A DNA stretch of 63,786 nt, filler included, from Nemertoderma westbladi (lineage: Eukaryota; Animalia; Xenacoelomorpha), in the NCBI GenBank assembly GCA_032718475.1. It is 4 parts of 4 records of this genome, joined end to end, with 100 filler letters (N's around TTAATTAATTAA, not from the genome) between each part and the next. Parts side by side here need not be neighbours in the genome. Positions count along the whole stretch, not along the records: positions 37,210 to 60,316 come from JAUCBJ010004195.1; 3 more parts are not named here. The stretch is one strand, 5' to 3'. Positions within the stretch are counted from its first letter, which is position 1. Each line of letters opens with the position of its first letter. Below, one piece after another: positions 37,420 through 50,149 of the stretch. The position numbers were made by a program, and so were the translations under genes. The notes under the pieces are model-generated. The model did not search any database. It saw only the letters and a list, made by a program, of their open reading frames with translations, and was not told where the DNA came from.

Positions 37420-38152
37420 CCCACAACGTGTTATATTGTGACACAGAAGCGCAGGTACTCTCACCAGATGGTGAAACTGAGTTTTTCTCAATCCTGGCTG
37501 GCGTACTGCAAGGTGACACATTAGCAACATTACTATTTGTAATTGTGCTGGACTACGCAATGAGGACGGCCACAAAGGGTGAAGATCTGGGATTCACACT
37601 TCAAGAACGCAGAAGTAGTAGATATCCGGCAACTACAGTCACAGACACCGACTTTGCGGATGACATCGCCCTGCTCTCTAATACTCCAGCAGATGCACAG
37701 CTTCTACTAAATAAAGTGGGGAGGGCTGCTAAGGAGGTTGGATTGCATATAAATGCTACCAAGACCGAATTCATGACCTTTAATGTTGATGGAAACTTGA
37801 CAACCATTGACAATAATCAACTAAGGAAGGTTGACGACTTCCAGTACCTTGGATCATGGATAGAGAGTAGCAAAAAGGGCATAGAAGTTAGGAAAGCAAA
37901 GGATTGGGTAGCTCTATCAAAAATGGATACCATCTGGAAATCAGATCTCTCCAGGCACCTGAAGAATAAGTTCTTTCGAGCCACAGTGGAAAGTGTATTT
38001 TTATACGGGGGTGAAACCTGGACACTGACTAAATCACTTGAACAACGAATTGATGGTTGCTACACAAGACTACTAAGGGCAGCCCTAAACATCAGCTCCT
38101 GGAAGGATCTCATTTCCACTGTCCGAGTTCGCTCGACCTAGTAGTAGTAGTA
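37420..38152 (+). mobile_element. RTE-clade LINE, second subfamily, truncated and internally deleted
   Basis: Motifs SPDGETEFF, GVLQGDTLA, DFADD and FQYLGSWI; ends in (TAG)4 at ~38139-38150. Confidence 0.9.
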
Positions 38153-38807
38153 ATTTTGACTGCATCACGTTTAAATTAACAATGCATCAACTTTAAAAAT
38201 TTAAGCGCGCTTGAGGGTCGGTAAATGTGTAAAAATGTCAAATGTACTGTACTAATTTTTTCGGAGGTCAGTGCCATATTTGGCATAAAAAATCCTTGGT
38301 TACCAACTAACAAAGGGCGAAAAAACACCACGTCCTAAATAAATATTATAATGACGTTGTAGCTAAGTGAGCTCTGATGTGCCACTTTGATTGCACAGAA
38401 CATTTATATAATTCTGTGTTGTAGGTTATGTGTAGGCGCAGAGTGTAGAGAAAGTAAAGCTATTTGTATTGTGTATCGACTACAATATTATTGACAGGTG
38501 CTATCTCACTGTAATTAATGATGATAGGCCTGTATAGAATTTTTGTTTTATACAGAAATAGATGTAGGTATTTCAGATTTACCTTAAGATTAAGATTTAG
38601 AAGAAAGACAAAACAGCGCCGAAATTTTCCACGTCATAGGAAAATAATGATGAATGGAAATCCGATAAGAACATTAAAACATAGAGTTCTAAACTAAACA
38701 AATAGTAATAACTTACTGTAGGTGAATTAACAAAAAGGCCCACTGTGTACTGTTACTGTACCATATGCACGCACCACTGACGTAACACAACACAAACAAA
38801 ATTTTAC

Positions 38808-39550
38808 GGGTGTAAACGTTAAGCAGACCATGGTGCAGACACTGGTGCAGACACTTGGCGCAGACAGTGGTGCAGACAGTGGTGCAGACACTGGTGCAGA
38901 CAGTGGTGCAGACACTGGTGCAGACAGTGGTGCAGACACTGGTGCAGACACTGGTGCAGACGGTGGTGCAGACAGTGGTGCAGACACTGGTGCAGACAGT
39001 GGTGCAGACTGTGGTGCAGACAGTGGTGCAGACATGGGTGCCGACAGTGGTGCAGACAGTGGTGCTGACACTGGTGCAGACACATGGTGCAGACACTGGT
39101 GCAGACACTGGTGCAGACTGTGGTGCAGACAGTGGTGCAGACACTGGTGCAGACAGTGGTGCAGACTGTGGTGCAGACAGTGGTGCAGACAGAGGTGCAG
39201 ACAGTGGTGCAGACAGAGGTGCAGACAATGGTGCCGACAGTGGTGCAGGCAGTGGTGCACAGTGGTGCAGACATCTGGTGCAGTCAGTGGTGCAGACACT
39301 TGGTGCAAACAGTGGTGCAGACACTTGATGCATACAGTGGTGCAGACACTGGTGCAGATAGTGGTGCAGACACCTGGTGCAGACACTTGGCGCAGACAGT
39401 GGTGCAGACACTTGGTGCAGACAGTGGTGCAGACAGTGGTGCAGATATATGGTGCAGACAGTGGTGCAGACACCTAGTGCAGACAGTTGTGCAGACACCT
39501 AGAGCAGACAGTGGTGCAGACACTGGTGCGTACAATTGACGTTTACACCC
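38808..39550. mobile_element. MITE with 12-bp TIR and 8-bp TSD, filled by a 12-bp minisatellite
   Basis: aattttac|GGGTGTAAACGT ... ACGTTTACACCC|aattttac; interior is (tggtgcagaca[c/g])n. GG termini with an 8-bp TSD suggest Merlin- or MULE-type mobilisation. Confidence 0.88.
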
Positions 39551-41139
39551 AATTTTACGCAGATTTTAATTTATCTGTATTCAGTATAAAATTATACAAT
39601 TGTCTGATGGGGAGGGGGCCCCATCGGACAATTTTTTTTGCCTTTTGACTTGTTTAAAGTTTGGATAGGGTTGCGGGGAAGGGGATGGGGTGGGGGGGGG
39701 GGGGGGGTGGGGGTGGTAGAGCGTAAATCTGGCACTCTTATGGCCACCCCTTTTCAAATTCCTGGTTACGCTAGTGCGACCAATATGTGGTTCGGATGCC
39801 ACCAGATATGCAACTAAGCTAACTTTGACATTATCAGTGCTTACAAATAAATCCTAGCGTTACAATGGGAAACTACAATAGCTTGTTTGGGGAAGTAAAG
39901 ATAAAGAAAGGGAATGTTGTAAGATAGTTCAGAATTAGGAGTTAGTGTGGCGCCGCCCAATCCGCCTTACATTTCATGTTTCGCAAGTTCACAGATCACT
40001 TTACTTCACTTATTAGAAGCAATATACTGTAGTAGTTACCGTACACTAATAAACTGCACTGCTATCAGATACCATTGGTATAGTGAATCGTAATCTATAT
40101 TGAAGAGATATAGAAGAGGATTGTCGGCAATCCTCTACGGTGAAAGTAGTTAAAGTAAAGATATTGTAAAGAATCAAGGTAGCAGCATGGGGCCCACACT
40201 AACTCCCAGTGATGAATACTGTCAATAATAAATCATTTATTTCTCTCAGGTCATATCTCAGATTAATTCTCTCTCCCACAAACAAGTTACAGTCGCCGAA
40301 TCCATAATCCCCAGGGGTGCCGGAACGTAGCACGATCAACGGGGTTAAAATATGTATAGGTTTCCGGAGATACGGGATTGGCTATATTTGTATTTTGTTC
40401 ACCACTAGGTGCTACTGGATTAACCGGTATAAAGTCAGAAGACAGTAAAAAGTTTAGTAAAATATTGAAGATAGTAGTGTAGAACAGAAAAGCTTAGACA
40501 TATACAAACCAAAACAATAAACACGATTGAAGGACACAGGTTCCAGTTATATTTTTGCTCATAAATGTTGTTGGATAAAAATTTAAAGAGTTTTTTTGTG
40601 TATTAATTATCAAAAGAAAATAAAACATACAAAACTTTAAAGTTTTGTCATACCATCACAATCAGTCACTTGAATTTGAACGGGTTAAGCAACACAAGGA
40701 TAGGAGTGAGTGGATAGATATGTAGGACGGCCACGGATAAGTACGAACAAAGCAAAGCAACCACTATTATACGCAATACCACTGTTCAGTCACTACCGGA
40801 GCACCACACTGCAACGAGAGTTATTGGCACGACAAGGAAATATACATTAATTCTGTACCATTAAAATATTGTATTGTAGGATAAAATTTACAAATAAAAA
40901 ATAAATTATTAAATTACATAATAATTTAATTTAATCAAAATCTTTAACAATAATGAATAATTATTAACTGAGGTGGCAGTAGAAATATTATTATAATTAA
41001 TCAAATTATTCATATATTTCGCCATATCCAAAGAATAGTCCCAATAATACACAGAAATAATATTTATTGTAGGTGACTGTATTGTCAATTAAATTTACCC
41101 CGCCTCAATGCCTGAGTTGCTATTGTGTTCAACAATAAT

Positions 41140-41505
41140 AGCGCCTGACACTCGAACAAAGCCGCCTCCGCTTAGGACATATTTTTTCGCCGTGAGGACC
41201 AGCCTGTGCACAACCTTGTGCTTTGACAGCCCCATGGAGAAAATAAGCACGGGTGGACAGCCCTATGACTTTCGTGAGACGCTTCCTAAAGGACACTGGC
41301 CTTGAAGATGCGGATAATCTCGCGAAAGTCATGGGGATAGGGAGTTGTGGCGGTGCAACTTTGTTTATAAGCCGGCATAGATTCTTAATGTACGTAACAT
41401 TGTACTGCCAATTGTGAATTGCATGGTGGTGACAAAATTTTTGTTAAGCTGTCATAGCATCTCAATGTGCAGTTTCAATGCAGCAGGCCGAATATAGTAA
41501 TAGTA
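41140..41505 (+). mobile_element. RTE LINE 3' fragment (same family as 7796-9475)
   Basis: RREDQPVHNLVL...KDTGLEDAD homology; ends with caatgcagcaggccga-tagtaatagta. Confidence 0.8.
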
Positions 41506-41599
41506 TTCAACAATACTACAGGAGGCCTATACTTACTATACTATAGTGTAAAGATGATAAAAAAATAATAAAGTATTGAGGGTCTTTAGCCTCCAAAAA

Positions 41600-44314
41600 A
41601 CCTACACGTAATTCTACAGATGTCAACTACAGTCACCACGACCTCAACGAGGATGAAACATCCCTACTAGAACTCGGTAAGAACTTTATTCCATCTCGAA
41701 ACCCCCAACCAGAAGACAAACTACAAGCACATATTAATATTACTAGATTCGCTACGGGATTACGAAAATTCTCTCGTATAAACACACACGGTACCACTCC
41801 TAAGAACATAACCCACTCTCAAACCACCTACCTAAGGACGAGCAACAACGACCAGGGGGCTTACAACAACAACACAGGAGCGAACACCACTTTCCCCGAG
41901 ACGAACACAAACCCAGGAGAGCACAATAACCCAGAGGCGAACAATATTCCAGGGGCGAACACCCATCCACGGGACGACACCAACCACCCAGTGGAGAACA
42001 CCAACAACCCAGGGACGGATACCAACCCATTGGCGAACACTAACCACCCAGTGGTGAACACCAACCACCCAGGGGCGAACACCAACAGCCCAGGGACAAA
42101 CACCAACCCAGGGGCGAACACCAAACACACAGGGGCGAACACCAACCAGTCAGAGGCGAACACCAGCAACCCAGGGACGAACACCAACCCAGGGGCGAAC
42201 TCCAACCACCCAGGGGAGAACACCAACCACTCAGGGGAGATCACCAACCCAAGGGCTAACGACAACCACCCAGTGGTGAACACCAACAACCCAGGGGCGA
42301 ACAACAATCCAGGGACGAACACCCATCAACGCGTGAACACCAACCACCCAGTGGTGAACACCAACAACTCAGGAACGAACACAAAACCGTGGGCGAACGC
42401 AAACCACCCAGGGGAGAACACCCACCACCCAGGGGTGAACACCCAGAACCCATTGACTAACACCAACCAATGGGCGGGCGAACGCCAACAACTCAGGGGC
42501 GAACACCAACCACCCAGGAACGAACATCAAACCAGGGGGGAACGCCAACCACCCAGGGGTGAACACCAACACCCCAGGGACGAAGACTAACAATAATGGA
42601 GCAACCACCAACGACCCAGGAGCACACACCAACTCAAAGGACGCCAACAACAAACTAATCAGACAACTCAACAAATCTCTAAAAACACCCCCTCGAGCCC
42701 TACCACCGAAAAGCGACGACGAAATAGTGGAAGCTCTCATCGCCGAACTCCACCGTGACGTAGACCGAACACCCAATGTCTCCCCCAAAAATGTACCTCA
42801 GGACAACCTTACGAATCAACAACGAACTGTCCTCAAATCACTCAAGTCCAACACTAACATTCGTATCTGTAGGGGCGATAAATCTGGTAACACTGTAATC
42901 CTAGATACCAATGACTATAAAAATGAATGCTTACGTATTTTAAGAGACCCTAACACCTATACTACATTACCTAAAGACCCTACTAATAAATACAGAACAC
43001 AACTTGACGCACTACTACAAACCTGTAATATCGACACAAAACACACACTACACCCACTACTACTACCTAAACACCCTAAGATAGCGTACTTCTACTGCAC
43101 TATTAAAGACCACAAGGACAGGGAATCATGGAAAAACTGGGGCGACGGTAGACTCTTACCTAAGGGCAGACCTATAGTTGCCACCATGGGCACCCTTCTA
43201 CACCCACTTTCCCGCTTTGCTAACGACCTTCTAGAACCCGCGGTCACTCGCCTGGAGTCTAACTTGAAAGGCACAGACGACTTCCTATCAGCCCTCCCTA
43301 GAGATATTGGACCCGACTGCACTCTGATTTCACTGGACGTAGTAGACATGTACACTAACATTACCCATGATGTAGGATGTAGGGCACTACGACAAGCACT
43401 CTCCGAGGACACGCACTTCACACAACAAACACTCATTTCATTAGATAACTTTATACTACTCGTCCGATTTATACTTGAACATAACTACTTCACTTTTGAC
43501 AACACACTATACCTTCAATTACGAGGCGCAGCCATGGGTAGCAGTTTCTCGAAAAACTACGCTAGCCTAACCATATCTAGATTAGAGATACACTTCCTCC
43601 ACATCCTGAACAACCCCATTAATAATTACCTGAACGCGAGTGTATCAAACAGACTCCCTAACACAACTAACCTGGATACTAACACACCCGATCTGGATCT
43701 AACCACCCCTACCAACCCGAGCTCAACAACCACTGATCCCAACACTACTAACAAGACCAGATATAATCCTAGTATAACTCCCCTAAAATCTATCAAAAAC
43801 ACCCCTGAAACTCACAGAACTACCATAACTACCCATGTAACTAATACAACCACCCCTGAAACTAACATAACTACCCCCAAAACTACCCTAACTACCCATG
43901 AAACTAACATAACTACTCCTGATATTAACAGAGCTACCCCTGCAACTAACATAACTACCCCTAAAACTAACATAACTACCCCTGAAACTACCATAAGTAC
44001 CCATGGTACTAACATAAATACCCCTGAAACTACCCCTGAAACTAACATAACTACCCCTGGAACTAACAGAACTACCCCTGGAACTAACATAACTACCCCT
44101 GAAACTACAATAAGTACCCATGAAACTACAATAACTACCCCCGAAACTACCATAAGTACCCCCGAAACTACCATAAGTACCCATGAAACTAACATAACTA
44201 CCCCTGAAGCCTACGAAACTAACATAACTACTCCTGAAACTACCATAATTACCCCTGGAACTAATATAACTACCCCAGAACGTACCCCTTCCACCCCAGT
44301 CTGTAATAATATAA
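41600..44314 (+). pseudogene. PLE ORF 5' part: N-terminal motif, NTNHPG repeats, RT motifs to B', TPETNIT repeats
   Basis: Motifs VNYS...LLELGKNFIP, GDKSGNTVILD, KDHK...GRPIV, LDVVDMYTNI and GAAMGSSFS. A single frameshift comes from a 4-bp gggc duplication at ~42472-79. Confidence 0.88.
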
Positions 44315-47300
44315 CGTCACCTTCAAGGCAGAACCCCCTAAGTCGATTTTTTTCGATTTTCATGTTTTTGACTTTTTGGGTAATTCGATATCGGCTTTTT
44401 CGTCTGGCAGAACACCGAAGCTTTTCTACCCGCCATTTTTGAGTTATAAGCCAAAGACAGTTCCCCGTAACTTATGCCCACTTCGAGGCAGAACCCCCCA
44501 AGTCAATAATTGGCTTGCAAAACACCGTAAATTCAAGTATATGAAATTCAGTCCACCTGGCAAAACCCCTTAAATCAGAAATAACAACCTGTAAAACCCC
44601 TTAAATCCGAAACAATAGCCTGGCAAAACCCCGTAATTTACCATTTATATATACTGGTTTGTATTGCGGCCAGGACACAAATATTAATTAGGGACACAAA
44701 CATTATTGAGGGACGCAAACATTAATGAGGGACACAAAACATTAATAGGGCAGGGGTCCATGGTTGCCAATGGATATTAATATGAGCGATGGTGATGCTT
44801 GCCATCAGACGATTAGATATGAAGTGATTAACTGGAAAAAAATACTACCATGGGAACGTGAGTTTCGATCAAAGAACCGCCGTTTTGTATACATTCCATC
44901 TTCCTAATTAGATGGAAATTAATTGAAAGCGACGTTCGGATACGTTGTTCAGCTGCCTGTTTTCTGCTACCCCCTCCCCCCCGGCTGGTATACCCCCATA
45001 TTTTCAATTTACCTCCTACCACCACCATTCATGTTACCATCCCCCCCCCCCCCATGTTACCATTCCTGACTCCCCCTCATGTTCATCATTTTTTTACTCC
45101 TACTCCTTCCCTTTTTAGTAACAACATCGTTTATTGTTTTGGTTAGAAAAACCATCTCTGTAACCTAATCCTTTCCTTCAATTGGCAATAACATAGTTTA
45201 TTGGCTTGGTCAGATTAATATGTTATTATTTATTGTTGTTATTTTATTGCTTGACAGTAATGAGAATTGTAATACTGTAATATATTGTATGTGTATGGGT
45301 GGTAACATGAATCATACTAAGTGCGAAGGGCGATAGTGCCCATGATTAATGTTTGTGCCCTTGATTGATATCTCTCCCTCGTTTATTGTTTGTGTCCCTC
45401 ATTAATGTTTGTGTATCTCATTAATGTTTGTGTCTCTCATTAATGTTTGTGTCCCTCATTAATGTTTGTGTATCTCATTAATATTTGTGTCCCTCATTAA
45501 TGTTTGTGCCCCTCATTAATGTTTGTGTACCTCATTAATGTTTGTGCCCCTCATTAATGTTTGTGTCCCTCATTAATGTTTGTGCCCCTCATTAATGTTT
45601 GTGTACCTCATTAATGTTTGTGTCCCTAATTAATGTTTGTGTCCCTCATTAATGTTTGTGTCCCTCCTTAATGTTTGTGTCCCTCATTAATGTTTGTGCC
45701 CTTGATTGATATCTGTCCCTCGTTTATTGTTTGTGTCCCTCATTAATGTTTGTGTCCCTCATTAATGTTTGTGTACCTCATTAATGTTTGCGTCCCTCAT
45801 TAATGTTTGTGTCCCTCATTAATGTTTGTGTCCCTCATTAATGTTTGTGCCCGTGATTGATATCTGTCCCTCATTTATTGTTTGTGTCCCTCATTAATGT
45901 TTGTGTCGCTCATTAATGTTTGTGTCGCTCATTAATGTTTGTGTCCCTCATTAATATTTGTGTACCTCATTAATGTTAGTGTCCCTCAATTAATGTTTGT
46001 GTCCCTCATTAATGTTGTGTCCCTCATTAATGTTTGTGTCCCTCATTAATATTTGTGTCCCTCATTAATATTTGTGTACCTCATTAATGTTAATGTCCCT
46101 CAATTAATGTTTGTGTCCCTCATTAATGTTGTGTCCCTCATTAATGTTTGTGTCCCTCATTAATATTTGTGTCCCTCATTAATGTTTGTGTCCAACATTA
46201 ATGTTTGTGTACCTCATTAATGTTAGTGTCCTTCAATTAATGTTTGTATCCCTCATTAATGTTGTGTCCCTCATTAATGTTTGTGTCCCTCATTAATATT
46301 TGTGTCCCTCATTAATGTTTGTGTCCTTCAATTAATGTTTGTATCCCTCATTAATGTTGTGTCCCTCATTAATGTTTGTGTCCCTCATTAATATTTGTGT
46401 CCCTCATTAATGTTTGTGTCCCTCATTAATGTTTGTGTCCAACATTAATGTTTGTGTACCTCATTAATGTTGGTGTCCTTCAATTAATGTTTGTGTCCCT
46501 CGTTAATGTTTGTGTCCCTCATTAATGTTTGTGTCCCTCATTAATGTTTGTGTCCCTCATTAATATTTGTGTACCTCATTAATGTTAGTGTCCTTCAATT
46601 AATGTTTGTGTCCCTCGTTAATGTTTGAGTCCCTCATTAATGTTTGTGTCCCTCATTAATGTTTGTGTCCCTCATTAATATTTGTGTACCTCATTAATGT
46701 TAGTGTCCTTCAATTAATGTTTGTGTCCCTCGTTAATGTTTGTGTCCCTCATTAATGTTTGTGTCCCTCATTAATGTTTGTGTCCCTCATTAATGTTTGT
46801 GTCCAACATTAATGTTTGTGTACCTCATTAATGTTAGTGTCCTTCAATTAATGTTTGTGTCCCTCGTTAATGTTTGTGTCCCTCATTAATGTTTGTGTCC
46901 CTCATTAATGTTAGTGTCCTTCAATTAATGTTTGTATCCCTCATTAATGTTGTGTCCCTCATTAATGTTTGTGTCCCTCATTAATATTTGTGTCCCTCAT
47001 TAATGTTTGTGTCCCTCATTAATGTTTGTGTCCTATATCAATGTTTATGTAACACATTATTGTTTGTGTCCTACATCAATGTTTATGTCCCACATTAATG
47101 TTTGTCCCCCTGATTAATGTTTGTCACACATTAATGTTTGTGGCGCTGATAAATATCTATCCCTCATTTAATGTTTGTGGCGCTGATAAATATCTATCCC
47201 TCATTTAATGTTTTTATCCAAGTTGCTATAAGTTACTCCAGGTTGCCGGACGTTTTGGACAATTTGGTCAGCAACTAGCAACTTAATTTGAGCAACAACT

Positions 47301-48307
47301 TTTAGTCTCCGTTATAATATGAGGCATCTTTAACAGCAACAAAGTTCGCGTTTACATAGAGCAACTTGATCGGCAACCTGAAATGCTTACTAAGTTGCTG
47401 ATAGAGTTGCTCAAAATGTTGCCACGTACTGTAGAAAAAAAAGGTCATTAATTATTCGTCATGACGTACTGTAAATGAACTTTACTTTAACTTTAACGTA
47501 GCTGTAACCCTGTAGCTAGACTTTGTTCTTACTGTAGAGTACCACCCATGGCTATATTTTGTACTTAGAGTTCCGCTTTCATGAATCTAAATTTTGTTCT
47601 TATAGTTCTGCATTTTGGCTACATTTTGTTCAATTTGTATTGATACATGATTCTAACTACAGTCCCGTACTTATTTTAGAAGCAATTTATACCAAAATAT
47701 CAAAAACTTAGGAGCCCTTTAGAATTTTGAATTCAAAAATTTCCAACATGTGCGCAAGTGTGTTAAACTATATTGTATGTGATTATTTGTTATTATTGCG
47801 TTTACAGCTAATACTAACACCTGATCATGTGCTAGTTAACATGTTAGATAGCACTTATTAGCTAATAACAAATGCGCACATGAATTACGTGCGCACTACG
47901 CACTAAATTATTAAGGACGTACGATACGCCTTGGCTATTATTTGATATATTTTGCGTGTTTTTTGTAAAAATTCGTACTTATGGTGTTTTGCCAAATTGA
48001 GGATACCTTGTTTTTTAGGCAATACCCCGCAACTATCGCATAGTTACGGGATAATACCAGAAAACGGTGTTCCCCTTTGTTATGGCAAAACACCATAATT
48101 CAGAATTTTTACAAAAAAACCGCAATATATTTCAAAGGTAATTCTAAATCAAATTAAAAGTTTAATTATATGAATTCTATATATATTTAGTTATCAAAAA
48201 ACACAATAACAAGTAAACTGAGGCATCTCTCTAAAAAATAAACAGTTTTTATCGATTATCTCAGAACTACAAAAATCGACTTAGGGGGTTCTGCCTTGAA
48301 GGTGACG
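44315..48307. mobile_element. Non-autonomous DNA transposon, 37-bp perfect TIR, 4-bp TSD ATAA (possibly Sola1-type)
   Basis: ATAA|CGTCACCTTCAAGGCAGAACCCCCTAAGTCGATTTTT ... AAAAATCGACTTAGGGGGTTCTGCCTTGAAGGTGACG|ATAA; no transposase ORF seen. Confidence 0.92.
45340..47210. repeat. 20-bp minisatellite (cattaatgtttgtgtccctc) with inverted copies at 44672-44750
   Basis: About 90 units with higher-order variant blocks. A few reverse-complement units lie ~600 bp upstream, giving a foldback-like layout. Confidence 0.95.
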
Positions 48308-48311
48308 ATAA

Positions 48312-49603
48312 CTACCTCAGTAACTTATAAAACTAAACTAGCACCAAACACTACACCTAACCCCGTTTTCTCAGATCCAATAATAACGACCCCAATATCT
48401 AACCTTACACCTCCTGATTCCAACATCAATATTCCAGAAACTATCCTATCTATCTCAGATCCTAATATAACCATAACTAACGAAACTACCTCAACCTCGG
48501 ATCCAAACATAACCCCCCCAGACGATAATACAACTTACCCTATTCCATTCTACAAACGGTTTGTTGACGACAGCTATGGTATAGTACAACGTATATTAAG
48601 TGAACAGGACATTCACAACATACAGAAAATCACTAACTCCGCTTGTAACGACTTATTCCAAAACTCTGATATACAATTCACCATTGAATACTCCCACACA
48701 TCACTCCCATTCCTTGACGTCTTGACACAGATTAACAACGAAACACTAACAACTACATTATACAAAAAACCAACTAGCAATAAACTCCCGATTCACTACA
48801 ATAGCTTCCATGATAAGAAATTACTACTATCCGTAATTCGTAGCCAACTCCTACGCATCCACCGCAGATGTAGCGAGTCTAACGACTATACCAAACTCAG
48901 AGACGAATTCCTTGGCGAATGTCTACTCAGGCAGTACCCCCAGAACCTCCTTAACAAACTTAGACATTGGACTCCCCAAACTAGACCTAAAGACACTAAC
49001 TCGAAACCCACATTTTACCTATCCACTAACCAACAGATGAAGGGCATATTCCAAAATACTGTACGTAGATACTCCAAAAACTACGATCTTGACATCAACA
49101 TTAATGTAGTCACGAAGAACCCCACATCACTAGGACAAATACTAACCAAAAATAAAACTCAATCGCAAACACACACAAATAACACCACTAATGAGCCATG
49201 TAACTCTAGCCGCTGCCTTACATGCAAAACTATCACTAACATACAACAGACACCATGGGGTGAAAAGATAAAAGGACACTATACATGTAAGTCCCACACT
49301 GTATGTTACTTGGCCTGGTGCCACTGCCACCCTACTCTATACTACATAGGCCAAACGAGACAGAAACTTCACGAACGCTTTAATGGACACCGCAACAACA
49401 TACGACACTACCCCTCACGAGCCAATGACGGAAAAACACACGAAGACATACTCCTAGCTAGGCACATATACGGTTGTGGTTTAGAAAATCTACGCACCGC
49501 AACCATAAAACAATTCACAAACATACCCGAACTACTAGCGACGGAAGCTAACCTAATCTATACATACAACCCCCCACTTAACGTAGCAAGACCAGCAATC
49601 TAA
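48312..49603 (+). pseudogene. PLE ORF 3' part: end of Thr/Pro insert, RT motifs C-E, thumb, Zn linker, GIY-YIG
   Basis: Motifs YKRFVDD, LPFLDV, YKKPT...HYNSFH, PCNSSRCLTC and VCYLAWC...YYIGQT...RFNGH...E...LN. In frame with the 5' part once the insertion and one TSD copy are removed. Confidence 0.92.
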
Positions 49604-50109
49604 ACCCAATGTTTTATATAATACATTCTATATCTTACACAACTACAGTGCCCTCTATAGCGAATTTCCGGGGTTTTATGTGCTTTTCCCCTACCTTCCT
49701 TTTTGTTTTTGTCTTGGTTTTTTCTGTTTCTTGTGATTTCTTACTCTGTAAAAATTACAGCTATCATTATGTTGCATTCTACCTAACCGTGCGCTTTAAG
49801 TAGATACCTCATAATCCTATGTAACCTACCTAATCCAATTATACCATTCAGTATGTAGACACATGACCATTCCTGGGATTTCCCTATCAACTTCTCCCAA
49901 CCTTATAACCCAACCTGCAACCCTATATTTGTACTTTAGATTGACAGCTTACAACTAACTCGCTGTACTTTCCCTATCACAATTACCTTACGTTATACAG
50001 TACATACATATACGTTAACCTTTCTGGGATTCACCTATCAGGTATTCCCCTTTAAAACTTAGATATATATATATATAGACCCCTACCTTTTCCTGTTAGT
50101 TGCCAGTAC

Positions 50110-50149
50110 ATAGTCTGATGCAGACCGGTAGGTCGAAAACGTTTACTAT
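50110..50149 (+). ncRNA. Minimal type I hammerhead ribozyme (PLE family A), copy 2
   Basis: ATAGT-CTGATGCA-GACC(GGTA)GGTC-GAA-AACGTT-T-ACTAT, with palindromic stem III AACGTT. Confidence 0.8.

Noticed and set aside
38713-39539. Cys/His-rich and GADS-repeat ORFs (metallothionein- or antifreeze-like)
   Set aside because: Translations of a 12-bp minisatellite with frame-breaking indels, inside a MITE.
41610-41625. Splice acceptor ctacag|ATG as the PLE start, paired with the pLTR ATGCTGCCGCTG|GTGAAT donor
   Set aside because: Direct joining gives the wrong frame, and the true frame is open upstream. 5' truncation is the simpler reading.
43600-48540. Host mucin gene or intein
   Set aside because: The Thr-rich tract is continuous with PLE RT motifs on both sides and shows no signal peptide or intein terminal motifs.
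33039-49603. Selenoprotein-encoding (Naiad-type) PLE
   Set aside because: No in-frame TGA in either RT/EN ORF, and no convincing SECIS seen by eye.
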